Assembly: GCA_004431415.1 (NCBI GenBank)
Contig: QPMI01000696.1
Location: 1 to 62,476 of the forward strand
DNA: 62,476 nucleotides
Direction of reading: 5' to 3'
DNA from: Cyanophora paradoxa CCMP329
Taxonomy: Eukaryota; Plantae; Glaucophyta
The translations under genes and the position numbers were made by a program. This document shows, in pieces, positions 50,535 through 62,300 of this stretch. The notes under the pieces were generated by a model, which was not told the origin of the DNA, ran no database searches, and saw only the letters and a list, made by a program, of their open reading frames with translations. The first letter of the stretch is position 1; each line of letters starts with the position of its first letter.

Positions 50535-51727
50535 TGACCATTGCCAAAAATCTTAAACAATCAGGATTTCGCAAATCCCTTCTGACTGACTTGGTCCCAC
50601 TGCTGAATGATGATGAATTCTTTGAGAAGATTGACACTGTACCATATGTGATTGGATTCGAAAATGGTGTATTTGATCTGACAACTATGACTTTCAGAAA
50701 GGGGAAACTGGAAGATATGGTGAGCAAGACTGTGGGTTATGACTATACTGAAAATGTAGACCCCAAGAAAATAGAGCATCTCAATCAGATTTATAAAGAG
50801 ATTGTGGATGATCCAGCAGAGCGAAAGTATCTTCTGGCATCCATTGCAATTGCTCTTAGTGGATCAACTAAATCCCAGAAGTTCTATATGTGGACTGGTG
50901 CTGGTGCTAATGGTAAATCACTTGTTCAGGAATACTGCAAACAGATATCTGGTCGTTATTACAGCCCTCTCGAAATATCCTATTGGACTAAGCCTAAAAA
51001 GAACTCATCAGAGGCTACTCCTGAACTTGCCAAACTCCTTGGAAAGCGACTTGTATTCAGTAATGAGGCTGAAGATGGTGATAAACTGCAGATCTCCAAG
51101 ATTAAGGAGGTCACAGGTGGAAATGAAATGACTGTGAGAGCCTTGTTCAAAGATCCAGTTATCCTCACTCCAATGTTTCAAGTTTACATTACAACTAATG
51201 ACAATTTGACTATTAATAAACCAGACTTCGCAATTCAAAGAAGACTTTCATACCAGAGATTCAACAATATTTTCAGAGAGAAGCCAGAAGCTGGTCAGAA
51301 GAAAGCTGATCCAACTCTGTTCACACTTCTTCACAATGATGATGAGTATAAGATGGCTCACATGAAGATATTACTGGATATGTGGAAAAACAAAGAGGTT
51401 GAAGAGATCTTAAGAAGTCCCCCTCAATCGATTATTGAACAGGGAATTAACTTTATAGCTGAAAATGACAAGATTGGTGAATGGCTTCGAGATAATTTCG
51501 AGGTTACACATAATGCTAACGACTTTGTTTCCAGTGATATCATTTACAAATCATACAAAAGTGTTGATGATAAAGTTGAATGTGTATCTGTGATGAAAAG
51601 AGTAAGGGAAATCTTCAATGTTAAATCAGAGGTTAAACGAATTCATGGAACCAGAGCAAGGGGCTACATTGGACTTCGAAAGATAACAAGGGTTCAAGAA
51701 GACAATGGAGAGGATGTTGAATATTAA
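50534..51727 (+). CDS. D5/P4-like superfamily 3 helicase without primase domain
   Basis: D5_N-like IGFENGVFDL...FRKG; Walker A GAGANGKS; LAKLLGKRL.FSNE; IKEVTGG..TVRALF; winged-helix-like end RGYIGLR. The frame is open from 50447, with an ATG at 50459. Confidence 0.9.
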   Translation: MTIAKNLKQSGFRKSLLTDLVPLLNDDEFFEKIDTVPYVIGFENGVFDLTTMTFRKGKLEDMVSKTVGYDYTENVDPKKIEHLNQIYKEIVDDPAERKYLLASIAIALSGSTKSQKFYMWTGAGANGKSLVQEYCKQISGRYYSPLEISYWTKPKKNSSEATPELAKLLGKRLVFSNEAEDGDKLQISKIKEVTGGNEMTVRALFKDPVILTPMFQVYITTNDNLTINKPDFAIQRRLSYQRFNNIFREKPEAGQKKADPTLFTLLHNDDEYKMAHMKILLDMWKNKEVEEILRSPPQSIIEQGINFIAENDKIGEWLRDNFEVTHNANDFVSSDIIYKSYKSVDDKVECVSVMKRVREIFNVKSEVKRIHGTRARGYIGLRKITRVQEDNGEDVEY

Positions 51728-51787
51728 ACAAAACGATTAATGATTGATTTGTATATGTAATTTTTATAGCCTTACTGGAAATGGTGT

Positions 51788-51918
51788 TGTTCACAGGTGT
51801 CACAGGTCCATCCCAGGGAAAGTCAAACATAAAAAATGATTTTGAAAATCGGTGGGATAGACCTGTGACACCTGTGACACCTGTGACACCTGTGACACCT
51901 GTGACACCTGTCACACCT
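51788..51918. promoter_or_regulatory. Iteron-like palindromic element B (candidate replication origin), just downstream of the helicase
   Basis: 2 TCACAGG units, a core similar to element A, then 5x TGTGACACC plus one variant. Confidence 0.6.
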
Positions 51919-51984
51919 ATCGAAAAAGACCAAAATTTGACAAGAATACTTAAGGCTTACTTGATTGTGTATAGTGAAGACAAA

Positions 51985-52206
51985 ATGGCAAAGACTCTTG
52001 ATGAGATGACCATGACTGAGTTAGATAAATGCATAAAGCATGGAGATATTGGAGCATATATCGAAATGTCACAGAGATTGATAGGTTACAATATGTATGC
52101 AGCTAAACCAAAGAGAAATAGATCAGTTAACATTCACATTACTGTTTCAGTGTCTGAGAATGCAAACAAAAAACAACAAAAGCATATTTACAAAAGTTAT
52201 CTGTGA
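51985..52206 (+). CDS. Small hypothetical viral protein
   Basis: MAKTLDEMTMTELDK..., preceded by acttaagg..tatagt. The longer predicted ORF simply reads through repeat B. Confidence 0.4.
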   Translation: MAKTLDEMTMTELDKCIKHGDIGAYIEMSQRLIGYNMYAAKPKRNRSVNIHITVSVSENANKKQQKHIYKSYL

Positions 52207-52519
52207 CTTGATTGCAAGTATAAAGCCAATTCCTTTGTATATATTTTTATAGCTGCCTCAGTAGCATACTGAGACCGCTTTTTCTCAATTTTCTTATAGA
52301 CCTGGGTTCCATTGCTACTATCAGTTGGCAAATAATATTTAATCGGTCTTCCTCTGGGTCTCTGCTCCTCTTTTTGGGCTTTTCTGCGATAATAGGATGC
52401 CAGGGCTTGCTGCTTTTATACTCTCTATATTCTGGTCCTCTCTATATCGTTTCTGCTTTGCTAGAATGTGTCTAATAGCACCCTCAGTTAAAGGCTCATC
52501 ACTGGTAAACTCGATCAAA

Positions 52520-52792
52520 CTAATTGTATCCTCCATTAATATTTGCTGAGAAAACGTTTTCGCCTGGCAAAGAACTTCTCCTTGGATACTCCTGTTGCTC
52601 ATATGTATACTCTGTGGGGTCTGCTGGCATTGACTCCACTGAAACTGTTGATCTCCTTCTCTCTCTTGCTTCTGAGGCATTATCCTCATTATCTGACATC
52701 TCAAACTCCACTGTTGTCTCACAACATCCACTGTGGCAATTGCTCACCACATGCAGACTGAACATCTCGAAGAACTTTCGTATTATGTCCAT
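52520..52792 (-). CDS. Small hypothetical viral protein, Cys cluster near N-terminus
   Basis: MDIIRKFFEMFSLHVVSNCHSGCC..., with an AT-rich upstream region. Confidence 0.45.
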   Translation of the reverse strand: MDIIRKFFEMFSLHVVSNCHSGCCETTVEFEMSDNEDNASEARERRRSTVSVESMPADPTEYTYEQQEYPRRSSLPGENVFSANINGGYN

Positions 52793-52921
52793 ATCTCTAA
52801 TAAAACAGAGATAATTAAAGCCAAACTCGTCTTTATATACTGTTGGGGCAACTCCTTTTCTACTTCAGCTTTGGTGGCACCAGGTTCAATGGTTCCCTTT
52901 TGGTTTTTGTTTTCATTTCAT

Positions 52922-53544
52922 CTACTGCCTGCTCATCGATTGGTTCTCTTTCTTAGCAATAAACTGTTTATCTGGGACACCAGTGATTCCCATTTTATAA
53001 ACTTCCTTTCGAAGCATCTCCTTTAGCTTGGCTCTCTCTTTCTTCTCAGTAACATACTGCTCCAAAGCACTGGATTTGGCTTCCAGATCTTTGAGTTTAG
53101 CAGTCATCTCATCCCATTGAGCCTTGGGAATTCGATGAATATTTTGAGTGGGAGCAGTCTTGTATGTGACTTCACCAGCCATAGACTGAATAACCTTGTC
53201 TGATTCTTTACTAAGACCCTCACCTTTGCGAGCCAGTGAAAGATCTTGCAAGCCTAAACCTTTGTCATCAGCAGCCCCAATAATTCGCCTGGCACCCTCA
53301 GCAACAGACTTCATCTTTGAGGCTTCAGGTGAAATGTTGAGTTGGTCACTGGTTGAAGCCTGTGGGGCTTTGTCATCAAATGATTCCTCATAGGCAGCAT
53401 TGAGGGGGTCTTCTTGTTGTTGAGAGGGCTTCACTTCATTCATACCATTGAATTTCAGTGGGTCTGTGTTAATGGATCCATTGTTTCCACACCTGAATAG
53501 CCAACAGCCCCAGCTGGGATCCCTATCTTTCGTTTGGGAGGCAT
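52922..53544 (-). CDS. Hypothetical viral protein (frameshifted; likely start MPPKRK)
   Basis: 173-aa ORF plus an upstream ATG at 53544 preceded by taataaagataca. Confidence 0.45.
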
Positions 53545-53572
53545 TGTATCTTTATTAGAATGAGAGATAATT

Positions 53573-54352
53573 TTATAAACCGCGTTTATATCGCATCAAT
53601 TTATTGCTATGGACTTGGCTTTTCACTTCTTTGGGGGCTTCCTCTTTCTCTGGTGGTTTCAGTTCATCTTCTTTCTTTTTTGGCTTCCTGTGGAAGCGAG
53701 GAAATGGGAAATCTTTCACAAGCTCAGCTTTATCTACATAGTATTTAACTGAGTAGTTTGCAGAGGACCAAATGATATACTGATAGGAGTGAACATACTC
53801 TTCAAACATCTTGTAGAAATCCTCTTTATTTCGCATTATATTGTATTCTTCCTCTATGGCTTCCAGTTCTTTGCGATTTGCAGCACTTAGAAACATTGCA
53901 TAATCCGAATTTACTCGAATAGTCGAAGAGACTTTTCTTAGCTTTGTGTGATGCAGATAATGGATATTTTCGAATGGCGACCTCTGGAATACAGAGATCC
54001 GATTATTTTATCCTTGTGAGATCGACTATCTCATTATCGATTAAATCATCTAAAACCACACACAATTGGTTAACAGGTTCACCTTTCTCTATTTTCTCTT
54101 GCCTCTCATCTAGCAATTTAGCAATGTAAGGGGCATCCCATTTTCCCAGTTGCAGTGTTGCCACTTTATCCAGAAATGATTGAAGCTGGTTCCACTCACA
54201 ACTAATACAACATCAATCTTTTTGGCATCATGTAATTGCTTTAACCAATACTTTACAGCTTCTGATTTACCAGTTGCTGATTTTCCTATTGCCAATACAC
54301 GAAATGGTGGTTCTATCATTTCACCAGCCACAAATTCATCCAAATCAGTCAT
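53573..54352 (-). CDS. A32/FtsK-HerA-like genome packaging ATPase (several frameshifts)
   Basis: Walker A GKSATGKS, Walker B CVVLDD and SRGRHSKISIICITQ...IRVNSDY, spread over successive frames. Confidence 0.88.
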
Positions 54353-54417
54353 TGTTGTATATCTTTCTTAATAAAGACATATAAAAATAATGCAGGGAGA
54401 CTGAAAATCGTAACAAT

Positions 54418-55786
54418 CTATAAATTAATTCTGCGTAAACCATCTTTGTCGACAATAATAAAGCTATGCATGAGAGCGCGAACATTAACATCGATTACCT
54501 TATCTGAAGGCATGTAGAGGGTGAGGAATGAAGAGGAGGAATTTGTTAAATCAACATAACCAGACTGGGCAATATTTCGAATCGCCTTTTCTCCATCAAG
54601 GCAGAAAGGCAATCCTGAAAGGACATAGCGATCAGCAACCTTATCCATGTTAGAGCATTTGAAGGCATCAGCAATTAGCTCAGCACCTTTGAGTAGGGAA
54701 ATTGGCTCAGTGGCAAAAAGTCGCTGACCATTTATTTCAGTTGTAAATGTTATGTCTTTGGAGTTGGCATAGGTCTTAAGAACACTGTGGGAGCCATTGG
54801 ATTTGTCAACAGTTGCATTATCACGAACTGAAACAAGCAGAGCATATACAAGACCTGAGATTTGAGAGAGGTTAATTCGATTGGGTTGGGCATTGCCCTT
54901 AGCAGGGAAAGCAATAGCATCAACAAATCCAATATCAAGGGAGGGAATAGCCATGCCAGTAGTCTTAACTTTTTCAATTACAGTAGCGAAAAGCTCATCA
55001 GAAACATTAATAGCATGCATATAAAGGCGAGGAGAAGTAATTGAAATTTCAGGAGTTGTTGCACCAAGAGTAAAGTCTGTGATGTTTTGACCAACATTTG
55101 CCAGAACAGTTTCAGCAGGGGCAGTTCCAAGACCATCATCTTTTGAATAATCTACATCAGCTGCTGCAACAGTAAGACCACGACCACCATAGGAAGTTTC
55201 AACATAACCCTTTCCAGCATCCTTAAACCAAACAGTAACAACCATTTCACCAGATAAAGCACCAAGGGGAAGGTAGTGATTTAGCCAAGGCACAGGAATT
55301 TCAACAAAGAATGAGCCACCAAGGCGGTTGGTTCCATGAGCAGGGATGCCATGAACCATGCCCATTGATCGCTTCTTTTTAGCTAGTTGATCCTCCGAAT
55401 AATAGACCAGGGGAAATGAGCAAGGAAATCAGATGGAATATGGTAGGTGTAAGATCCATAGGTAATTTCAAGTCGCTGAACTAAAGCACCAACTGGGCGA
55501 GTGTATCCATTGCGAACTAGATCAGTATCACCAGCAAAAGTGATAGCTGGAAGGTCAAAAGCAAGTTCGAGTTTTCCACAGAAATTGTAGCGAGGTAGCT
55601 TGAAGGAAATGCGATTTCCTACATTATTTGTGAAAGTATTACTAGGATTCACAACAACTAGAACTGGCTTAGACTTGGATTCGAGACCAAGCATAAGGGA
55701 GTTATCCAGGAAAAAGGCTTTCGCCTCCTCTGGGTTGTTAGGGCTTCTTTCAGCGAAAGTCTTTGAAGAGTGGAAGTGATATCCAT
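54418..55786 (-). CDS. Double jelly-roll major capsid protein (frameshifted)
   Basis: ISFKLPR...LELAFDLP...LVQRLEITYG and VEIPVPW...YLPL.AL; about 455 codons; next to the ATPase and pentons. Probable start MDITSTLQ at 55786. Confidence 0.78.
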
Positions 55787-55839
55787 TATATTCTCTTTTA
55801 TTATACTGCAACATAAAAAATCTACCAATGATCCTTAAT

Positions 55840-56848
55840 TTATGCGAAGTTTGTAATAACTGGATAGGAAGGGTGAAGCTGCGACATTCTCATCTTATAG
55901 TATTCATAAACTGGGTCCCCAGCTGGCTCATCACCATAGCGAATTTCAAAGGTAAGATGAACAGGTTGACCTCGAAATCAATTGGTTCATTAACAGCATT
56001 CACAATATCAACCGAGAAAGTGGATAATCCAACCTTCTTATTATAGTATTTGTAAAGTGGATGAGCCTCTGTCGAATTGTAAACTACATGCTCACCATAA
56101 TCTTTGTCAGGGACCACTATTTTATGGAAGTAACCAGTCAGGAGACCATCCCCACATTGCACCAGATCACCCAGCTCCTTTACTCTCACAAACAAAACAC
56201 TGTCCCTGGTCATTTCAGGCTCAAATGAAGATATAATACCGTTTACTCGAGTTCCAGTAAAGATTCCATCAGTGAGAGCATCATAGACCTGTGATTTGAT
56301 TGGGGAATTACCATATCTTCCAGGATCAAGACCAAGCAGTCTACCTGAACTCAATAGCTTTTGAATTGTTTGCAGGTTTGGATTTACAGCAAGTGAGAAA
56401 GCCAGGTAAAACTTTTTTTCGGAATGGAATACTATTCGTTTCAGTGACTCATCCCATTTGCAGCGAACAGATGGTTTAGGATTTCTGTCATTAAACTTTT
56501 CATTTATAACATTCACCAGCTGTTGGTGGTTTTGAATGGGGGTTTCGCGATTTACAATGAATTGTTTCCATTGTTCAAAATCAGCAGCTGGGCGAGTTGT
56601 TGGAATTCCTGTAATTCCAGCTCCCGCAAGCTCTTCAGAATAGTAAATACTAAATGAATTGTCGATTGTTACATCTCCTACTTTGGTTTCCCCACTCACC
56701 ATAGGGATGCTGTTATAAAATTCGGCTGAGACCAGTCTCACAGCCCTCACATTCTCATAAGTACTGGGAGTCTAGCCACAAAGCTTGATGTGGGACCATC
56801 ACCAGAGATTGTATTAAATGAGCTAACCTCGATGTAATCCACAGGCAT
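55840..56848 (-). CDS. Minor capsid (penton-like) protein 1
   Basis: YIEVSS...F...L...YENVRAVRLVSAEFYNS at the N-terminus; VDIVNAVNEPIDFE(G)QPVHLTFEI at the C-terminus after frame repair. Confidence 0.7.
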
Positions 56849-56877
56849 TCTTCTTTTATCTATATTTATATATTAAA

Positions 56878-57806
56878 ATGAACCGGCTCGTTAATATTGA
56901 TAGCAGGGATAGAAGCCAAGGACAAAATGAAAACTCTTACAGGGTCACCCTCACAACTCCAGTAGAGAGACCAAGGGAATGCAGGGTTCTATATGCAGAG
57001 ATTCCAAACAGCATCTATAACAGTGTGGGAACTGATCATCTAACAGTTCAGTTTAATTACCAAGATGGTTCATATAACCAAGTGATCACACAACAAGTGT
57101 ATCCCCTTCCCAGTGGCTACATCAATCAGGGTCATTTTGGGGTAACACACCCTTATAATTATGGCTGAACTATTCAAGCTTCCAAACCATTGCAGGCAAA
57201 ACAGTAGCTTTTGAGTTCAAGATATTCTATAACCCAACTACCTATAAAGTGGAGTTTTACAGTAACCATGAGTTTCGTTTTATTGCAAGCAACCAGAGAA
57301 TAGGGAAGCTTTTGGGTGTAAGTTCTACTGAATACACCAATGGTATTATAGCACTCCTCCTGTTGTGGATCACCCTATCGACCTGAGAACCTGTTAAAGT
57401 ATGATGGCAAACCTATTACACCTGATCACCCAGCATGGGGAACCACCTTTTCAGGACCCAGACTCTCATCTAAGCCCTTGCATATTATTTTGACAGCAGA
57501 AAGATGTCTGATATGAATGCTGAGCAGTATCTATACATGCACATTAAAGAGCTTGCCCCTTTTGCCAGCAGACACAATATAGTTCCGAAATCGCAACCAC
57601 ACAACCAGGGGGCAATCCTTAGATTGCAATTGAGTAAAGATATAGGTGGCTATGTTTACCATAGTGGTGAGCATGCCGAATTTATTCAAATAAATGACAG
57701 AAACCTGGTGATAAGGGAACTCACAGTTGAGTTTAAAGATTACTTTGGTGAACTGATTGATATGAATGGAATCGATAATTCTTTTCAGTTGGAGTTTATC
57801 GAATAA
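56878..57806 (+). CDS. Minor capsid (penton-like) protein 2 (frameshifted)
   Basis: LVNIDSRDR...YRVTL...AEIPNSIYN and LTVEFKDYFGELIDMNGIDNSFQLEF. Confidence 0.78.
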
Positions 57807-59343
57807 AGGCACCTGTAAAGTCAACTCTCATTGTGGGAGCATTCACATACACAAGGGGATAAATGCGAATATATTTAATTCTGAGAGAAAAACCTATGTA
57901 AAAAGCATCCTTGATGCTGAGAGGAAATCCACTCAATAGAGCCACATCACCTGAGTTGTGAGCATTGTTAATGTTCTCACAGACATATATTTTGTTTTGC
58001 CCATCTGATCGAATAAAAGACCAGTTGATCCCATCAGTGGATGTTGCCACATTGAAAGTCTTAATAAAAGCATTGGTGTCCCCTGAACCATAGGCAATAA
58101 CAGAGGAGAGTTCGAAAGTATATGGGAAAGCAACTTGAAGGTATTCAGTGGGGGTTTCCCATATCTGCTCAGGAGCATAGGCTCCAGCTTCCCAGCCAAA
58201 TGCTGAAGGTCTAGCCATGAAAGGCTCTTTACCTGTCACAGAGGATGAGGCAGTGAAGGCATCATCTGCAAGCTGATACCAATTTGCATCCAAAGGAGGT
58301 GATGTAGTGAGAGTGGATGAGATGTAAGCCTTTGTAGGGTTCTTTAATTCATAGTTTGCTACTAGAATGCTGCAAAGCTTATTAATCATATCATTGTTTG
58401 CTGCTATGTATGTTTCAGTGAATGCTAGCATATCTGGGATCTTAGAAGTGTCATCAAGGGAGCTTACTATGTGATTTGGAAGTGGACTGATAGCCTATAG
58501 TATCTACCATAATCTTGATCATAGTTGTAGGGTAACAACTCCTCCATCTTATCAAGGGCAGAAAGCTCACTTGCAGCCATGAGCATGTTAATCAATGGGC
58601 TTCCATCTGTTGAGGCAATCCATGAGAGAATGCCCCAGCTGTTCACAGTCTCATAAGCATAACCCACATAATCAGACTCTAAATGTGGGTCCACCTCACC
58701 ACAGAGATACTTATTACTATTATATCATCATCATCACTGTAAATCTTCTTTGCATGGCTGTAACCACACACACTGGGATTATTGTTTCCCGAAATGGCAC
58801 CATCAATGAGACAGACAATACTCCCGATTGAAATCAACAATGCTTACAGGAGAGAAATATGTAGGAGCAGCAGAAGTAGCCCTAGCAGCAATCTTACAAG
58901 GCATAAAGTTGTAGTTGTTGTCATTTGTGATAAATATTGGTTTCATATTCTGAGTATCAAAGGATGTAATCACAATGTCCTTTAGGGAATCCTGTATTAG
59001 TGATTCACCAGTAACTGAATTAATTGCAGTCTCCAAGGTCCCACATCATATTTTGTATTAAAAAGGGCATTTTCGATGATATTTCGAGGATTTGCGAAAA
59101 TCAAGGCAGTTGAGTTAGGTAAATATTGTGTAAATCGTTTGCTGTCAGTTTAGGTTCACCTGGTTTATCAGGATGCCTGATATTCAAACCTATTGCAATG
59201 ATCCACCAGTGGAAGTTCCACTTACAAGATCCACAGATCGATTACTCTTCTGCCAGTTCGATTTTCGATTTCTTTTAGCAGCCTGGTTATGATAATGCCC
59301 CTTGCACCCCGCCAGAAAGACTTAAAACGACCTTGAGAGGCAT
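57796..59343 (-). CDS. Patatin-like phospholipase fused to a C-terminal F5/8 type C (discoidin) domain (frameshifted)
   Basis: After frame repair: VLSLSGGGARG, DLVSGTSTGG, ARATSAAPTYF, LIDGAISGNNP. Then EYLQV.F...STDGINW...KYIRIYP....PTMRVDF. Confidence 0.8.
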
Positions 59344-59386
59344 CTTTTACTTATCAGGAATTTTATAAATCCATATAGTAAAAGCC

Positions 59387-62300
59387 ATGAGCTTCAATTA
59401 CCCACCAAATCTAGAAACCATTCAAGATGATAATGCAAGCAGCACCAAGCATGTGAACTTTGATAATATTAAAGTAAAGGGTTCAGTTTCAATTGACACA
59501 GCTCTGATAATTCATCAAAGACTCAATCAAGGGAGCATGCTTTATCTGTGAATCAAACCGATCAGATAAGGAGGAAGTCAGTGTAGCTTTTAGCTTGGGT
59601 AATGTGAAAGCAAACCAAGTGGCAGAGATCAAAGCAACAAGAAGGAGACCTAGGAAACTAAAACCAGTGGCACTCATCCAGATATACCTTCCAGGTTTGA
59701 TAGTGGTCGTTTGGTTTTCAATGTTCAAGATGAGCAGGGCAAACAGAACACAGCTTTGCGAATTTACAATGAGGCAGCACTGCAAAAGCTGAGGTCCCCA
59801 AGTATTGCAAGTGGGTCCCATTGCCAACACAAATCAGGTCTCCTACACAAATGATGTCTACCCAAGGATATTACATATGACTTTGCAAGGAATGAGCCTT
59901 TTGGGTTCTTTACTCCAAAAGATGTCCATCAAAAAAAGCCATCAATTACAATCAACAGTAGCCCCAGTCAACCAGTAGCAATCCATTTACATCCTGATTT
60001 AGTCGAAATGGATAGGCACCTTTTGCCTTTGTATAGCAATGTGAAAGACCTTGGAATTCGAACCAGGCAATGGCGAAATATCCATGGCAGTAATGTGTAT
60101 GCAAATGGTGAGAAGCTTGTAAGTGAGAAGACCATAAGAGAGATCTTTTGAGTATTATGGACCTGTCCCAGTTCCCTTCCTCTTCCATGGGATCCACCGG
60201 ATTTAACACCAAAGAAGCAGCTGGAAGAGAATACACAGCAACTGAAGATGTAGCCTTTGGGCAGCATATTGTTAGTTGGGAGCAAGTTCGCAATAAACCG
60301 ATAATTGAACCCAGAAAGCAAATAGATGAGCAGTATTACCTCCTGAAGTCGATATTTTAGAGCTTGATGAATATCAATTCGTTCCAGATGAGGAGGAGTA
60401 TTTACCAGATGGTTTGACCCACAAGAATATGAATATGATCAGTATGACCCCAATGAGGAGGAGATACTACCAGATGGCTTAGATCCTCAAGAGTATGAGT
60501 ATGAGCAGAACTATGAACCTGATGAGAGTATTTACCAGATGGTCATGATCCACCAGTTGTTGACTATGAGCAACCTTATGAACCCCATGAGGAATTATTA
60601 CCAGATGGATTTCGACCTGAGATCTGGGAGTTCTTTCCTGATTATGAACAAATTAATAATAAACCTGCAAAGTATCCCCAGAGGATCACAATCATGATTG
60701 GGATGAGATCTTAGGCAAACCTCAAAAGTATCCACCAGAGGATCACAGGCATGATTGGGGTGAAATTGATGGATACCTACTGAGTTCCCACCAAGCAAAC
60801 ATGAACATATTTGGGATGAGATCAATGACAACCAGAATTTGCAAAGGTAGAGCCTCTTGATAACTTGGGGTTTCTCTTTACCAGACTTGCAATGTCCCTG
60901 AAAGAATCTTTTTGAATGAACACTATGTACATGTGAATGGGACACTTGCGAATTCAGCTATGAGAGGACCACTTCATATTAGGACATTACCAGGCTCTTA
61001 TGAAACCCCACCTGAACCAGGAGCAACCATACCAAATATCTTTGTGTCAAGCTACATGGAGGCTGACATTCCCACAGATACATTCAGAGTCCCAACAGAC
61101 CAGCAACCTACCAAAATTACAACTCTGCTATACAGGTTCATGTAGCAGATGTAAGCAGCTTAGATGGCTCAAGACAATGATAGTATTCAGTCGAGATAAT
61201 ATTCCTACATTCCCATAGTGGGAACTGCAAATGATAACTATGGGAGGCAGAGCTTGCATGGATTAAAACAGATTATGTGGGGTTCTGGAAGCTAATCAGA
61301 GGATGGCTGCAAAAAACATACACAATGAGAACATTTCGAGAGTGGTCACAGAGGATTACTTACTGCAGTAATCCTTGTTAATTTTGTAACCCTTGCTATG
61401 CTTGATCAATTTATTACAGAAGCTGAACTTGCAGCAGAACTATCCAAATATCTCCCTCTTGTGGGTGGACAATCACAGAAACCTCACAGTTAATAGTAAT
61501 ATTTACAGCAGCAATATAGTGACCAGCAACCTAAAAGTAAATGGAATCCTCACAATTGGCTCTTGCAATTTCAATACCATGAATCAGGTTTACGAAGAAT
61601 GGTATGATGTCCCACCAAGCTTTGATCCAGCATCAAATATCTCGAACTGCATTTTTGCTTGGAAGGCATCAGGAGTACCAGGTCAATCAGCAATGTATAC
61701 AACTATAGTAAGCAGAGTCCCGAATTCAGTGTTCAGACTTGTTTATCTACGGAGCCAGTTCTATTACACCAATCCCGAAATCAACAACCAAATTAGTGTT
61801 TCAAGCCCAACAGGTACTTTTTATGCATATACCTCAGCTACAAGGACTATTGATTTTTCAAATGGGCTTACATTTTTCTTTGTGGGAAAATATCATCCAA
61901 CAACCTCTTCTATGCAAGTTCATTTGAGACTTTACAGAAGCGCCTCTCCATCACGATATTGTTATTATGGGGCAACATCTTCTACCGCTATTGGAATGAA
62001 TCAGTTTACTATTAATGGAGTATCCCAAACCCGCCCAGTTATTACGGTTCCTTCTTTAATAAATACATGGTATTACACTGACCAAACAATTACTTCTAGC
62101 AGCTACACAGTCGGGTTAAATGGAGTAGATATTCAAACACTTGTAGGAACGAATTATCTACCAGATAATACTGTCAATCATTTCGGATTTGGTAATATTG
62201 TGAATGGTGGTATTTCCGAGTTGATTGTTTTCAATAGGGCTTTGACAACTTCTGAAAAGAATGCTGTGAGGTATTACATTCAACAAAAATATGGATTCAC

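Noticed and set aside
51633-51984. ORFs with TGV/PVT repeats
   Set aside because: Translations of the 9-bp DNA repeats, which also occur in non-coding context at 44632.
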